The notes under the pieces: generated by a model
Told to the model about the DNA's origin: nothing
The model's input: only the letters and a program-made list of their open reading frames with translations
Databases searched by the model: none
Made by a program: the position numbers and the translations under genes
In this document: in pieces, positions 33,027-43,357 of the stretch
How the letters are laid out: each line of letters starts with the position of its first letter
Numbering within the stretch: position 1 is the stretch's first letter
Assembly (NCBI RefSeq): GCF_000372725.1
Contig: NW_005202113.1
Span: forward strand, 248,001 to 312,000
Reading direction: 5' to 3'
Source: Emiliania huxleyi CCMP1516
Lineage: Eukaryota
Length of the DNA: 64,000 bases

Positions 33027-34466
33027 ATGGTCTGGGGCGCGGCTCCGCCCGCGCTCGACGTCCCAGCTCTGCTGGACCGCTCTCGCCGGAGCCGATCGCT
33101 GCACCTCATGCCGTCGCGCAAGTTGGACGGCGCCGGCTGCGTCAAGCTGTGTTCGGCGCTTTCGGAGGCGCCGGCCACACTAACAGAGCTCGACCTCTCT
33201 GGGCACGACGTCGGGGAGGACGGCGCACATGCGGTGGGCGCGCTCCTCGCCACGGCCGGCTGTACGATTGAGCGCCTCGGGCTTGGCAGCGCCGCCTTTG
33301 GCGCGGGTGGGGTGGAGGCGCTCGCCGCCGGCGTCAGCAGCGGCAGCTGCGCCCTCCGCTCGCTCGATCTGGAGCACCGCGGCCTGGACGCCGCGGGCGC
33401 TGACGCGCTGGCGCGGCTGGCACACTCGGCGCTGCCGCACCTCTCCTCTCTCACCCTCTCCCGCAACCCGCTCGGCGACGCCGGGCTGCAGCCGCTCCTC
33501 GAGCTGCACTCCTCGGGGGCCGGGGCGGCCGCCGCACCGCTCGCGCGCGTGCGAGAGCTCGACGTCTCGGACACGCAGCTCGGCCCCGTCGGCGCGGCGG
33601 CGCTCGCCGAGGCGGCCGAGCGCGGCCTCCTCGCCGCCCTCGCCGTCCTGCGCGCGTCGGCAAACCCGCTCGGCGACGACGGCGGCGCTGCACTCGCGCA
33701 GCTGCTGCTCGCGGGCGGCGGGCGGCTGTCGCACCTCAGCGCGCGCGAGTGCGGCATCGGGCCCGCGGGCGCCGCCTCCATCGGCCGCGCTGCCGGCCAA
33801 CGCCCGCCGCCGGAGCTTCTCGACCTGGAGGCGAGGCTCCGCCCCCGAGGCTCCGCCCCTCCCTCCTCCGCGTGCCAGCCTCCCCTCCTCGCTCCGCAGG
33901 ACAACGGCGACGTCGGAGACGCGGGCTGCGAGGCGCTCGCCAACGGCCTCGGCGGCGGCGGCGGAGGCGGCGGCGCAGCTCTCGATTTGCGGCTGGGCGG
34001 CTGTGGCTGCGCCGACGGCGGCGCGGTGGCCATCGGCGCGGCAGGCGGCTGCATCGCCGCCCTCTCGCTGCCGCGCTCGAAGCTCGGGCCCGCTGGCGCG
34101 GCGGCGGTGCTCGGCCTGCAGGGCCTGCGCCGCCTCTCCCTCTTTGCCAACCCGTCCGTCGGAGGCGAGGCGGAGGCGGAGCTCGGGCCTGTCCGCACTG
34201 CGCTCTGCGGCGCGTCTCACCTTGAGGAGCTCGATTTGGGCGCGTGCGGGCTCGGCGACACGCGGCTCCTCGCGGCGCTGGAGGACCCGTCGAGCGCGCC
34301 GCGATTGCAGCTGATCGAGTTGCACGCCAACCCGCTCGAGAGCGAGGCGTGCCAGGCGGCGCTGGCAGCGCTGCGGGCGAGCCGCCAGGGCCTGGACGTG
34401 GCCTGGCGGCCGCCTCCCGGGGCCGGACAAGGGCCGGGCGGCGGCGCGTCAAGCGGGGGAGGGTAG
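33027..34466 (+). CDS. RNI-like leucine-rich repeat protein (in-frame GC-AG intron ~33831-33899)
   Basis: Repeats LTELDLSGHDVGEDGA, LRSLDLEHRGL, LSSLTLSRNPLGDAG, VRELDVSDTQLG and LEELDLGACGLG. Confidence 0.9.
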   Translation: MVWGAAPPALDVPALLDRSRRSRSLHLMPSRKLDGAGCVKLCSALSEAPATLTELDLSGHDVGEDGAHAVGALLATAGCTIERLGLGSAAFGAGGVEALAAGVSSGSCALRSLDLEHRGLDAAGADALARLAHSALPHLSSLTLSRNPLGDAGLQPLLELHSSGAGAAAAPLARVRELDVSDTQLGPVGAAALAEAAERGLLAALAVLRASANPLGDDGGAALAQLLLAGGGRLSHLSARECGIGPAGAASIGRAAGQRPPPELLDLEARLRPRGSAPPSSACQPPLLAPQDNGDVGDAGCEALANGLGGGGGGGGAALDLRLGGCGCADGGAVAIGAAGGCIAALSLPRSKLGPAGAAAVLGLQGLRRLSLFANPSVGGEAEAELGPVRTALCGASHLEELDLGACGLGDTRLLAALEDPSSAPRLQLIELHANPLESEACQAALAALRASRQGLDVAWRPPPGAGQGPGGGASSGGG

Positions 34467-34614
34467 TTGAAGGTGGACACGGTGCTCTCCGTTTTGTCCT
34501 TGTGCAAAGTAGTGATATATTAAAATAATTAAATATGAAAAACGGGTGCACAGTGCACGACAGTGCACGAGCGCGTCACACGAGAGAGAGACCCGTGGTC
34601 CCGACCCGCATGCC

Positions 34615-35499
34615 TCAGTCGCCCTCCTCAGCCAGCGCCCTCTCGAGCACTCGTAACCGCTCGGCCAGAGAGCCCTCTCCGCTCATCGGCGCTCGGAAGA
34701 TGTACGAGCCGGCGACGAGCGCGTTGGCGCCCGCCGCCGCCGCGAGCGGGGCCGTCGCGGCGTCGATCCCTCCGTCGACCATGAGAAAGGGAAGCTGCGG
34801 GTGTGCCTTCCTCAGCGCACGGAGCCGCGCCAGCGCGTCGGCCTGGAAGGGCTGCCCGCCGATCCCAGGGTGGACGGAGAGCACGTTGACGAGGTCGACC
34901 AGGCCACCGCTCACCAGCCGCGACACCGCCTCGATCGGCGTGGTCGGCGCCAAGCAGACGCCGGCGCTGCAGCCGAGCGATCCGATCGCCGCCGCCAGCG
35001 CCGCCGCGCGCTCCTGAGCCGCCGCGCCCAGCACCTCGGCGGTCGAGGCTCCACTCTCCGCCATCGTCTCGATCTGAAAGGTGATCCGATCGGCGCCTGC
35101 AGAGGGCCAACACCTCCGCGGTGACCATCTCATGCGCCGGCTCCGGCGGATTTTGTATCAGCGGGTGCCGGCGCTCGCGCATGCCTCGACGTGGTGCTCC
35201 GGCTCCCGCACGTACAGGTGCACGTCGACGCAGAGCGAGGGAGCGGCCCGCCTCACCGCGGCGATTGACGCGGGACCGAGCGACGAGAGGCTTCGGCCGC
35301 ACTCCGCCGAGCCGTCCGTCACGTCCACGTGAACCCAATGCGCCCCCGACCGGACGAGCTCCTCGGCAGCCGCCGCGAGGTGGCCGACGTCCGCCGCGAG
35401 GAGGCTGGGCGACACAACGGCCGGACGCCCGCTGGTGGTCGTTTTACCATCGGGCGCCGCAGCACTTGACGTGCTGAGCCACAGCACGAGCAACAACAT
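34615..35499 (-). CDS. RPE: Ribulose-phosphate 3-epimerase family protein with N-terminal signal peptide (one intron)
   Basis: VSPSLLAAD, WVHVDVTDG, DVHL, VLSVHPGIGGQPF, MVDGGI and LVAGSYIF. Confidence 0.85.
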
Positions 35500-35921
35500 G
35501 CTTCGCGACGTGTGGCGACGAGGGTGTTCGCACGCGACGGTGCGAAACAGCTGTGTTGCTCGCCCACCGGAAGGTGTATCTAAATACAGAACCTCGGACT
35601 CGCGAGGAGAGTCCGACTCCCGAGGAGCAGCGTGCCCAAAAAAGAATCTGTGCGCACTCCCGTGCCCAGTGTTGTGCAAAAAAGAATCCGAGACTCAAGG
35701 CAACCGCCCGGCTGCTCAAGCACCCGCGCTCCGGAGCGTGGATCGAGATCACTCCCGGCAGCCCTAGCCAGGCCCGGCGCGCTGGCCGCGACCGCGACCG
35801 CGGCCCTCACTTGAGCCCGAACTGCCCGCCGGACATGTCGGAACCGTCCGACTATAGTGACTAGCACACCTCTGTCAAGAGTCCCCAGAAACCCGAGGAG
35901 TCACACAGTCCACCTGTGTGA

Positions 35922-36015
35922 TGCACGCCCTGTGAGCGGGGCGGGGTGCGCACTGTACCTCTGTGTTCGTGTGTTGCCCATCTCTACGGGAGATGACTGC
36001 TCTATTTATTTATTT
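35922..36015 (+). repeat. Short dispersed element with (ATTT)n tail, copy 2
   Basis: Shares both conserved blocks with 4523-4606. Confidence 0.6.
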
Positions 36016-36032
36016 ATAAACAAGACTTGAAT

Positions 36033-37602
36033 CAGTACTATTTTTTTGCTTGGGGCGGCCAGCATGATGAAATCTGGAAAAACCTGACCGGCCCCTGCCC
36101 TGCCCCTACCTACCTAGGGTGCCCACAGGACCCAAAAGAAAATAGCTTTCCGGCTCAAAAAGGGACGCACGAGGCAAATCTGATGTTGGAGTGTTCCAAT
36201 AGGAGCGAGGCCTCTTCCGTTGGGGGACCGAGTGCCTAAATAAATAAATAAATAAAACGGACACCTCTCTAGTGTGAGATGGATCTTTGTGCAGGGTTCT
36301 TTGTGGGTGTGGTCGGCGACTAGCCGGGGTCGTCCTCCGACCGAGTGACTAGGAAAAGAGGGTCCCCCGGTTTGTCACGCGCGAGCGCGAGCGTGACACT
36401 GCACTTGGCGCCGAGCGCCCGCGGCTCAGACCTTGTGCAGGCCACCCCTCGGTGACCACGCCGGTCCGGACCGATGGCGCTCGGTGTGGAGCAAGCAAGA
36501 CCCCCCCCCCCCCATCGGCGCGCGCTCGCCATTCCAACGGCCGCCAGGAGCACCAAGAGGACTCCTCATGGCTGTGGTCAAGTGGGCTTCGACCGGCCTC
36601 GGCTGGGGGGGCGGGTTGTCCCGGCTGCGGACGCCTTCTGCAGCCCCCTGGGCCCGTGACAGCACCCCAAAACTGCCCCTCGGCGGCATACAGCACTGCC
36701 AGCCAGCCTCTTCCTCCTCCTAAGGGCTGTACTATAGGCCATATTGCGCCGCCTCCTACTGGCAGCCGGGCGGGCGCGCGCCGCGGGCGCCTCGGCGCGC
36801 GCACGGCTCGCAAAGTTCGAACGAGTACTGCCGCCCGGCCGCCTCAAGGCTGCCGGGCGGCAGTACTCGCCTCGCAAGCACGCGTCGTCACTCAGCCGCG
36901 GAGAACAGGCGGTGCTGTGCGCGAAGCGCGCGCGATCTCGTACTTTTAAGGCTGGATCCGGCCATTCCAAGGGTATACCTTTGAGAATCCCCAGCGTCCC
37001 ACCCTCCTAGTCACACTCTCAATATCTCGACTATCCAACATGAAGTGCTGCGATCGGGAGTGCCCCATTTCGTTTTTCCTTTCTTTTTTGGGTCCTGTGG
37101 GCACCCTAACCTACCTACCACCTACCTACCCTACTTATGGGAAACTAAAAAAGAAATCACTGAGCGGGGTGAAGGTGGGGTACTATACCAACTAAAGTGA
37201 TGGCTGGTGGTACTCTCCTGCAACCACAGTCCTTCCTGTGGCGCATGGCAGGCCACTCAAGGCCATACAAGCACCAGATCACCCACTTTGGGAGGGTAAA
37301 AGAAAGAAAACATACAACCCAAGGGAGGGATGGGAGGACGGCACGCCGCCACCACACAGGGATTTTAAGGAGAGGTGTGTGATGCGCTAGCCGTCGCCCA
37401 CCCTAGGGAGTCTGCCTCTTCCTATCTCTCTTCGCAGTCTCTCGCCGCTTGGGGAGGGTTGACATCGTGATTTCGCCGGAAAATTCTTTTTTTGCTGTGA
37501 AAATTCCGGCGTGAAGAGAGGGGAAAACCCGACGGGAGGGCCCAGACCTACCCTACCTACCCCGTCATGCTGGCCGCCCCAAGCAAAAAAAGAATACACC
37601 TG
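36033..37602. mobile_element. Non-autonomous TIR element (CAG..CTG ends, 7-bp TSD CTTGAAT) containing nested insertions
   Basis: Perfect 27-bp IR at 36041-36067 and 37565-37591. CTTGAAT at 36026-36032 and 37603-37609. Confidence 0.7.
36115..37108. mobile_element. Nested hAT-like non-autonomous element (TAGGG..CCCTA termini)
   Basis: TIR TAGGGTGCCCACAGGACCCAAAA / TTTTGGGTCCTGTGGGCACCCTA, flanked by ACCTACC within a CCTA microsatellite. Confidence 0.7.
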
Positions 37603-38518
37603 CTTGAATGCCGGCATTCAAGCAAGCGAGACGACGCTAGTCGGCTCCGCGACGCGGAGCGCTGCATGAAGGCCGGCAAGCCGCTCACGGTGCGCGAGGC
37701 GTCCTTCATCAGCTTGCTGATGGGACACACCGAGCGCACCGGCGCGGCCACCGTGCGCTTGGCCCGAGCCGACTCAGCAGCTCCGGCCCAACCAATCCGG
37801 CCGCCGACGGGAGGGCGAGCAAAAGGGAGAGCACGCGCATGGGCCAAAATGTCCGTTACGCATCCTTGGTGCTCTGTTTTCTTTCTTTCTTTCTTTCATC
37901 CATCCCTTGGTTTCTCGAGCTTGGTTTCGCCCTCCTTTTTATTTTTTATTTAGGGCGGGGTCGTGCACGACATGCAGCTTGCAGGCAAGCGGGTTTCTAA
38001 AAAAGGGTCGCCCGCCCCTTCGACCCCGGTTAAGTGACTCGTTCGCTTTCCACCCAGACTGTGATTTTGTGTGTATAGTGACTAGTGTGAGCTCTGCGTC
38101 TCGACTCTGCGTCTGCCCATACCGACGCATACCCGCACGAAGCACTCTCGAGGTTGCTAAGAGCATCTGACTATCCCGGATCCTGCTGAACAAGTTCCTC
38201 TTGTAGCTCGATCGGTCACACCGCCACCACCGCCGACGTCTCCCGGTGAGATGATGGAGAGCGAGAGGGGGGACGACACTGCTTTCGTTCGACTGCTTTT
38301 GCAGCGTGAGATCTCCGTGCACCCCGATCCTGTACCGTGTGTTTGTTATGAGGACCCCCCCCCCCCCCCAATGAACACTCCAGTGAGGGAGGGTGAGACG
38401 ATCGAGGGGTCCCGTACCACGCGGAATCGACCCTATCCGGTGCTCAAGTGCTCAAATTGCCGGGATTAAATTCGTAAAAAGATCATCGCCCCACACCTTG
38501 ATCCTTGTACAGCGCCCA

Positions 38519-39814
38519 ATGGCAAGCAATGGGACAGCATGGCTGGCTCGGTCTCGTGCTGGCTACTGCCTGGAGACAGGGTATGAGTTCAAGCCATCTT
38601 GTTCAGTAGACGTCGCTGGTGCGCATATGCTTCCCGCCGACATCCGCAGCTGGACCAAGGCAGCGGAATTCTGCCTCGCAAAATTCGCAAGATGCAAGAA
38701 TGCACGCTTTGTGACGGTGTCGATTAAGTTCAGGGACTGCTCCTGGGCCTTCCGCTGTGAGATGAAGCACGTTGGCTCAGTTGACCCCGCCTTCCGCTCG
38801 GCTCCGGTTTCTGGTAGCCGCGCCGAGGCCCATGAGATGGCCAATGGCGTTTCCATGGAGACATCTGTCGGCCGCGTGGTACTGCCGCCATATCCTTCTA
38901 TTCGAGACCGCGGCTCGGTAGCTGTGCTCTACTCCGGCCGCTACCACCTCCAACGCGTGACCCAGACCTGGCCAACGCACCTGCGCCTGCTCGTGCAGCC
39001 CACCGCCGCGGCTCTCTTCGTCTTTGTGTCTCTTCCGACTGAGGGAGGGAGACTAAGCGGAAACGTAACCTGCATTGAGATTGGAGCGCAGCTTCGGCCA
39101 TGGTTGGCCGGCTGTCTCGTTGGGACGACGCCCAAATCGCCACGCCCCCCCAAGGTTGGGAGTTTGCCGGGCTTGAGCCAGACACCAAAATGGCTGAACG
39201 AGAGGTACTGGGCGCAGTACGAGAATCTGCGTCAGGCGAATCAGCTGCGTCTCGACCACGAGCGTGTTCGTGGCACCCGCTACACTTTTATTGTCCGCGC
39301 GCGCCTCGACTTGTTCTTTGAGACCCACGCTCCAGTCGGCCCTTTGGTGGAAGCGCAGAGCAAGTGGGTCGACAAGTCGAAGTGCTGGTTGGCCGTGGCG
39401 CTGCCCCCTGAGGTTGCGCAATGCGCAGCATGCACGCGGACGCTCAGCCATTATCAGCGTTTCGTCAGATTTTCACTCTACCCGTCGGACCATTTCATGG
39501 TCTTCACATGGCTCGCCGCCGCTGCGCTCGACTCGTTTCCTGGGAACATAATGCGCTACGCAGGTCACCGGTGCAGAAACGGTGTGCTGCATAATGCAGT
39601 AGAAGGGTGGCTTCTTCTGGAGCTGAACCTGTCGAACGTCTCGCTGAGCCTGGTCCCGCTCAGAGGCGGCGGCGCTAGGGGCAAGTACCTGTCGTTTGAC
39701 AGCACACGGAACCCCGCGACCACGCACATGCTTCGCTCGACAGAGATTGCCACAGCCTGCGTGACGGACGCGGGCTGCAACCCCGACTTTGATCTTCCTC
39801 TGTGTGGAGGGTAA
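38519..39814 (+). CDS. Glycosyltransferase-like protein with N-terminal Cys-rich PAN/Apple-like domain (intronless)
   Basis: GYCLET..C..C..RC...VTVS...DCSW...C module, followed by VAVLYSGRY, RYTFIVRARLDLFF (YxxxxRxRxD) and SDHF. Confidence 0.55.
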   Translation: MASNGTAWLARSRAGYCLETGYEFKPSCSVDVAGAHMLPADIRSWTKAAEFCLAKFARCKNARFVTVSIKFRDCSWAFRCEMKHVGSVDPAFRSAPVSGSRAEAHEMANGVSMETSVGRVVLPPYPSIRDRGSVAVLYSGRYHLQRVTQTWPTHLRLLVQPTAAALFVFVSLPTEGGRLSGNVTCIEIGAQLRPWLAGCLVGTTPKSPRPPKVGSLPGLSQTPKWLNERYWAQYENLRQANQLRLDHERVRGTRYTFIVRARLDLFFETHAPVGPLVEAQSKWVDKSKCWLAVALPPEVAQCAACTRTLSHYQRFVRFSLYPSDHFMVFTWLAAAALDSFPGNIMRYAGHRCRNGVLHNAVEGWLLLELNLSNVSLSLVPLRGGGARGKYLSFDSTRNPATTHMLRSTEIATACVTDAGCNPDFDLPLCGG

Positions 39815-39946
39815 AACCAAAGAAGGAAAACAGACCAGCACCCAAGCGCCAAGGGAGCAGGGACGTTTGGCGTGTGGTCTGTCGGGCATGGAAAGTCGAA
39901 AATAAAGAAAGAAATCCTCGACGAGGGACCCCTTTTGAGTTTTGTG

Positions 39947-40630
39947 TTCCGGCTCCTACCCAGATAGGGGGTCTGTTCACCACGGTGACACCCGATGTTA
40001 GGCTGTATCCATATTTCCTGATTCCTCGCGCACCCGTCTCGTTTCCTTTCCGTGTAGCGTGTTTCTCCACAGCACCCTCTCGTTTCCTCTCTAGTTTCCC
40101 GAGGAAACTCCCATGGAAATCAGCAGCAGGTGTGCTTGGGCGCGCCCAAAATCAGCCAAAGCGCGGCAAAATAGCTGGGTATTTTGCGGTATACCTGGAA
40201 AACCCCGGGTATACCTGGAAAAATCCGGTATTTTGCCGATTTCCTCGGTTTCGCCTTTCAGATTTTGCCCCAGACCAGCTCTCAGACTCAGGCGTCAGGG
40301 AAACTCGAGAGTTGCCAGATATGGAGCACCAAACACCCTCTAGTTTCCCTGGAAATTTCCGGAAACGCCAAGTGCTGGGGACCCTCTCGTTTCCTTTTTG
40401 GTTTCCGGAAACATGGATACACAAAACAAAATCTGGATGGAACAGGCCAAACATGCAACAGGTAGGTAGGTCCGGTTTTGACCGCCCCAGAGGGCCCTAC
40501 AACAGGTAGGTACCCCCTTTTTGGGTCTTTTTTCGCTTCGCTGCGCGGCCTGAGGATAGGTAGGTAGGTAGGGCGTTTTGGCGCGAGTCATGCCGCAGCC
40601 CCCCTATCTGGGTACGAGCCGGAAACCCTG
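39947..40630. mobile_element. ~690-bp MITE (hAT-like right end CCCTG) immediately upstream of WRAP73
   Basis: 25-bp IR with one mismatch: TTCCGGCTCCTACCCAGATAGGGGG at 39947-39971 versus 40600-40624. Internal repeated CTCGTTTCC, GGTATACCTGGAAAA and GGTAGGTA motifs. Confidence 0.65.
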
Positions 40631-40647
40631 CCTGAACCAACGGCAAA

Positions 40648-42327
40648 ATGGCGGCAACCTGTCGGTTCTCCGACAGCCACGAGGGTGGGCACGTCCTCTT
40701 TAGCCCCGACGGGCGGCTCGTCGCCGCCGCAGCCATGTACCGACTCGTGGTTCGCGACGCGCGCACGCTCGAGATCGTGCACGTCTTCGCGTGCGTCGAC
40801 CGCATCGACATGCTCGAGTGGTCTTGCGATTCAAAGTACGTGCTGTGCGGCCTCTTCGCGCGCGGCCTCGCGCAGGTGTGGAGCGTCGACCCCGACGAGG
40901 CGGACTGGCACGCCAAGATCGACGAGGGTCCCCTCGGGCTCGCGCACGTGCGCTGGGCGCCTGATGGGCGGCATGTTCTCGCGACCTCCGACTTCCGGCT
41001 GCGCGTGACGGTCTGGTCGCTGGTCGACCGGTCCGTGTCGTACCTGCAGTACCCAAAGTTCGCCAAGGAGGGGCTGTCCTTCTCTGCCGACGGCCGGCAG
41101 ATGGCGCTCGCCCACCGGAGGGACGGGCGCGACTCGGTGGGCTGCTCCCAGCCTCTTGGGGAGGGGAGGGGAGGGGGAGAGGGAGGGGAGGGTCGAGGCG
41201 GTGCTCGCCCTCCGCCCGAGCAACCGGGCCGCCCGCGGCGCGCGCAGGTGCAGCTCGTCCAGACGGAGGGCTGGGCCGTCTCCCTCCGCTTCGAGGTTGC
41301 CAGCCGCGACTTGGCCGACCTTCGGTACGCGCCGCGCGGTGACACGACCCTGTGCGTCCTCGACGGGCTGCTCGAGCCGCAGGCCCTCGTCTACCGCGAG
41401 GGGCTCCTCCTGGCCACCTGCCGGCTGCAGCCCGGCCCGGAGGGCTCCTCCCACCTCGGGCCGAAGGCGCTCAGCTGGAGCCCCGCGGCCGACCTCCTCG
41501 CGGTGTGCGGCCACGACGAGAGGGTGCGGCTGCTGCACCGCGGCTCGTGGGCGCACGTCGGCGACCTGCAGCACGGCGCCGAGCTGCTCGAGGCCTTTGC
41601 GCCCGACGCGGTCGCGTACGTGCAGGTGTCGCGCCAGGGCGGCGGCGCGGCGGCCGCCGAGGCGAGCTCGTCGGCTTGCGACACCGAGGCGGACGCGGAG
41701 GCAGCGGAGCTGGCCGAGTCGCTGGCGGAGCTGCACGCGAGCGGCGGGCGGCAGTACGTCTACGCGGCGCAGAGGCTCCCCCTCTCGCTGCCGACCGTCC
41801 GCCCCACGCCCGAGAAGCCCAACCCGAGGATGGGGGTCGGGCTGGCGACGTGGTCGGCGGGCGGCCGCTTCCTCGCGACGCGCGACGACGGGGCGCCGCG
41901 CGCGCTGTGGGTGTGGGACGGCGCGTCGCTCGGGCTGCACTCGCTCCTGCTGCAGGCGCACGCGGTGCGCGCCGCCGCGTGGCACCCCACGAGGCAGCTG
42001 CTCGCGCTGTGCACCGGCATCGGCGCCGTTGTCCTCTGGTCGCCGCGCGGGTGCCAGACGGTGCCGCTGCCCGAGGGGCGGTCCTTCCGCGTGTGCGGCC
42101 TCGCGTGGGGCGGCGGCGGCGACGCGCTCCTCCTCCTCGACAAGGACCGCTTCACCCTCGCTCACGTCCAGACCGGGACAGAGCCGGAGCCTCCCCCGCC
42201 GGCGCCGCAGCTCGACCCCGACCTGGAGGAGGAGCTCAAGCGGCTCCTCGCGGCCGAGAAAGGCGACGAGAATGCGGACGCGCAGTACGAGTACCTGCCT
42301 CCGCCGGACGGCGCCGGCGCGGAGTAA
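40648..42327 (+). CDS. WRAP73: WD-repeat centriolar protein WRAP73/WDR8 (in-frame intron ~41137-41247)
   Basis: FSPDGRLVA..YRLVVRD..WSCDSKYVLC..WHAKIDEGPLGL..RWAPDGRHVLATSDFRLRVTVWSL..YPK and PNPRMGVG..FLATRDD..ALWVWD. Confidence 0.9.
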   Translation: MAATCRFSDSHEGGHVLFSPDGRLVAAAAMYRLVVRDARTLEIVHVFACVDRIDMLEWSCDSKYVLCGLFARGLAQVWSVDPDEADWHAKIDEGPLGLAHVRWAPDGRHVLATSDFRLRVTVWSLVDRSVSYLQYPKFAKEGLSFSADGRQMALAHRRDGRDSVGCSQPLGEGRGGGEGGEGRGGARPPPEQPGRPRRAQVQLVQTEGWAVSLRFEVASRDLADLRYAPRGDTTLCVLDGLLEPQALVYREGLLLATCRLQPGPEGSSHLGPKALSWSPAADLLAVCGHDERVRLLHRGSWAHVGDLQHGAELLEAFAPDAVAYVQVSRQGGGAAAAEASSSACDTEADAEAAELAESLAELHASGGRQYVYAAQRLPLSLPTVRPTPEKPNPRMGVGLATWSAGGRFLATRDDGAPRALWVWDGASLGLHSLLLQAHAVRAAAWHPTRQLLALCTGIGAVVLWSPRGCQTVPLPEGRSFRVCGLAWGGGGDALLLLDKDRFTLAHVQTGTEPEPPPPAPQLDPDLEEELKRLLAAEKGDENADAQYEYLPPPDGAGAE

Positions 42328-42689
42328 GGCTCCTCGCGGCCGAGAAAGGCGACGTGAGAATATGTGCGGACGCGCAGTACGAGTATATACCCGCCGGGCC
42401 GCGCGCCGGCCCGCCGGACGGCGCCGGCGCGGAGGCACATGACGGGCACCGCGTTGAGACTGTGCAAGAGGGTTTTCGATTACACGAATTACACGTGCTC
42501 AAGTAGCGTAGCTCAATGTTGGGCGAGATCTCGGGTGAAATTCTGAAAAACGTGCAGCACTTCTAGCCGACATCGACAAAAGTCACTCTCTAGCCCCGCG
42601 GCGAGCGGCCCCGCCGGAGGCGAAGAAAATTTTGCCATCTAGCGCTCTCTAACACACATTTTTGCACAAATCGACGCCTCCAAACAAGT

Positions 42690-43100
42690 TCAATAAGACT
42701 GGTCTTCACTGCAGCACGCCTCGAGCGAGTAATGCGTCTGTAGGCCAATATAATAGAGCTTCTCGCGCGCGCTCCTCACGAGCTGGCGGTCCGCAGGGCC
42801 GCCCGGGCCGGGCGAGAAGCGCAAGCCCGCCAGCCGCACCATGTGATTCACGATGATGAGCGTCTCGGCCTCGAGCAGCGTGTAGGAGCGAAGCTTGCCC
42901 TCGCACTCGCGTTGCTCGAGCCTGAGCCACTGCGCCTTGACCACGAGATAGCCCGCGGGGATGGTGTCGGTGTTGACGACCGTGTCCTCGGCCAGCGTGT
43001 ACGCCTTCCCCTTGAGCACCGCCAGCCAGTAGAGCCCCTCGAGCGACTGCTCGCGCCGATCTGCGCGGCGACAGCGGCCTGGACAAGTCCGGCCAAGTCG
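42690..43100 (-). pseudogene. Degenerate coding fragment, probably transposon-derived C-terminus
   Basis: Protein-like ORF (YWLAV)LKGKAYTLAED..GYLVVKAQWLRL with no proper start and a frameshift upstream. Adjacent to a GNA-hairpin/AAAATTTT motif. Confidence 0.35.
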
Positions 43101-43357
43101 GTTACGGGGAGGGCTACTACGAGGTCTTTGCGCGGGGGTGGTCGGGCGCCAGGCGCCCAGTCGATTGCCGCATAGTTCGTCGTAGTAGCCCTATCATAAA
43201 CCTCTTATTCACACCTTGCACTTTGAAAGAAGAAATATCCGACCTTTGTCGAAGATCCGGAGGGTTTATCAGAGCATCACCCCCCTCTCGTCCGTCGTCG
43301 CACTGCACGCACACCGGCGTCGCGGGTTGACCAAAATAATAAACAAATGGTTCACAC

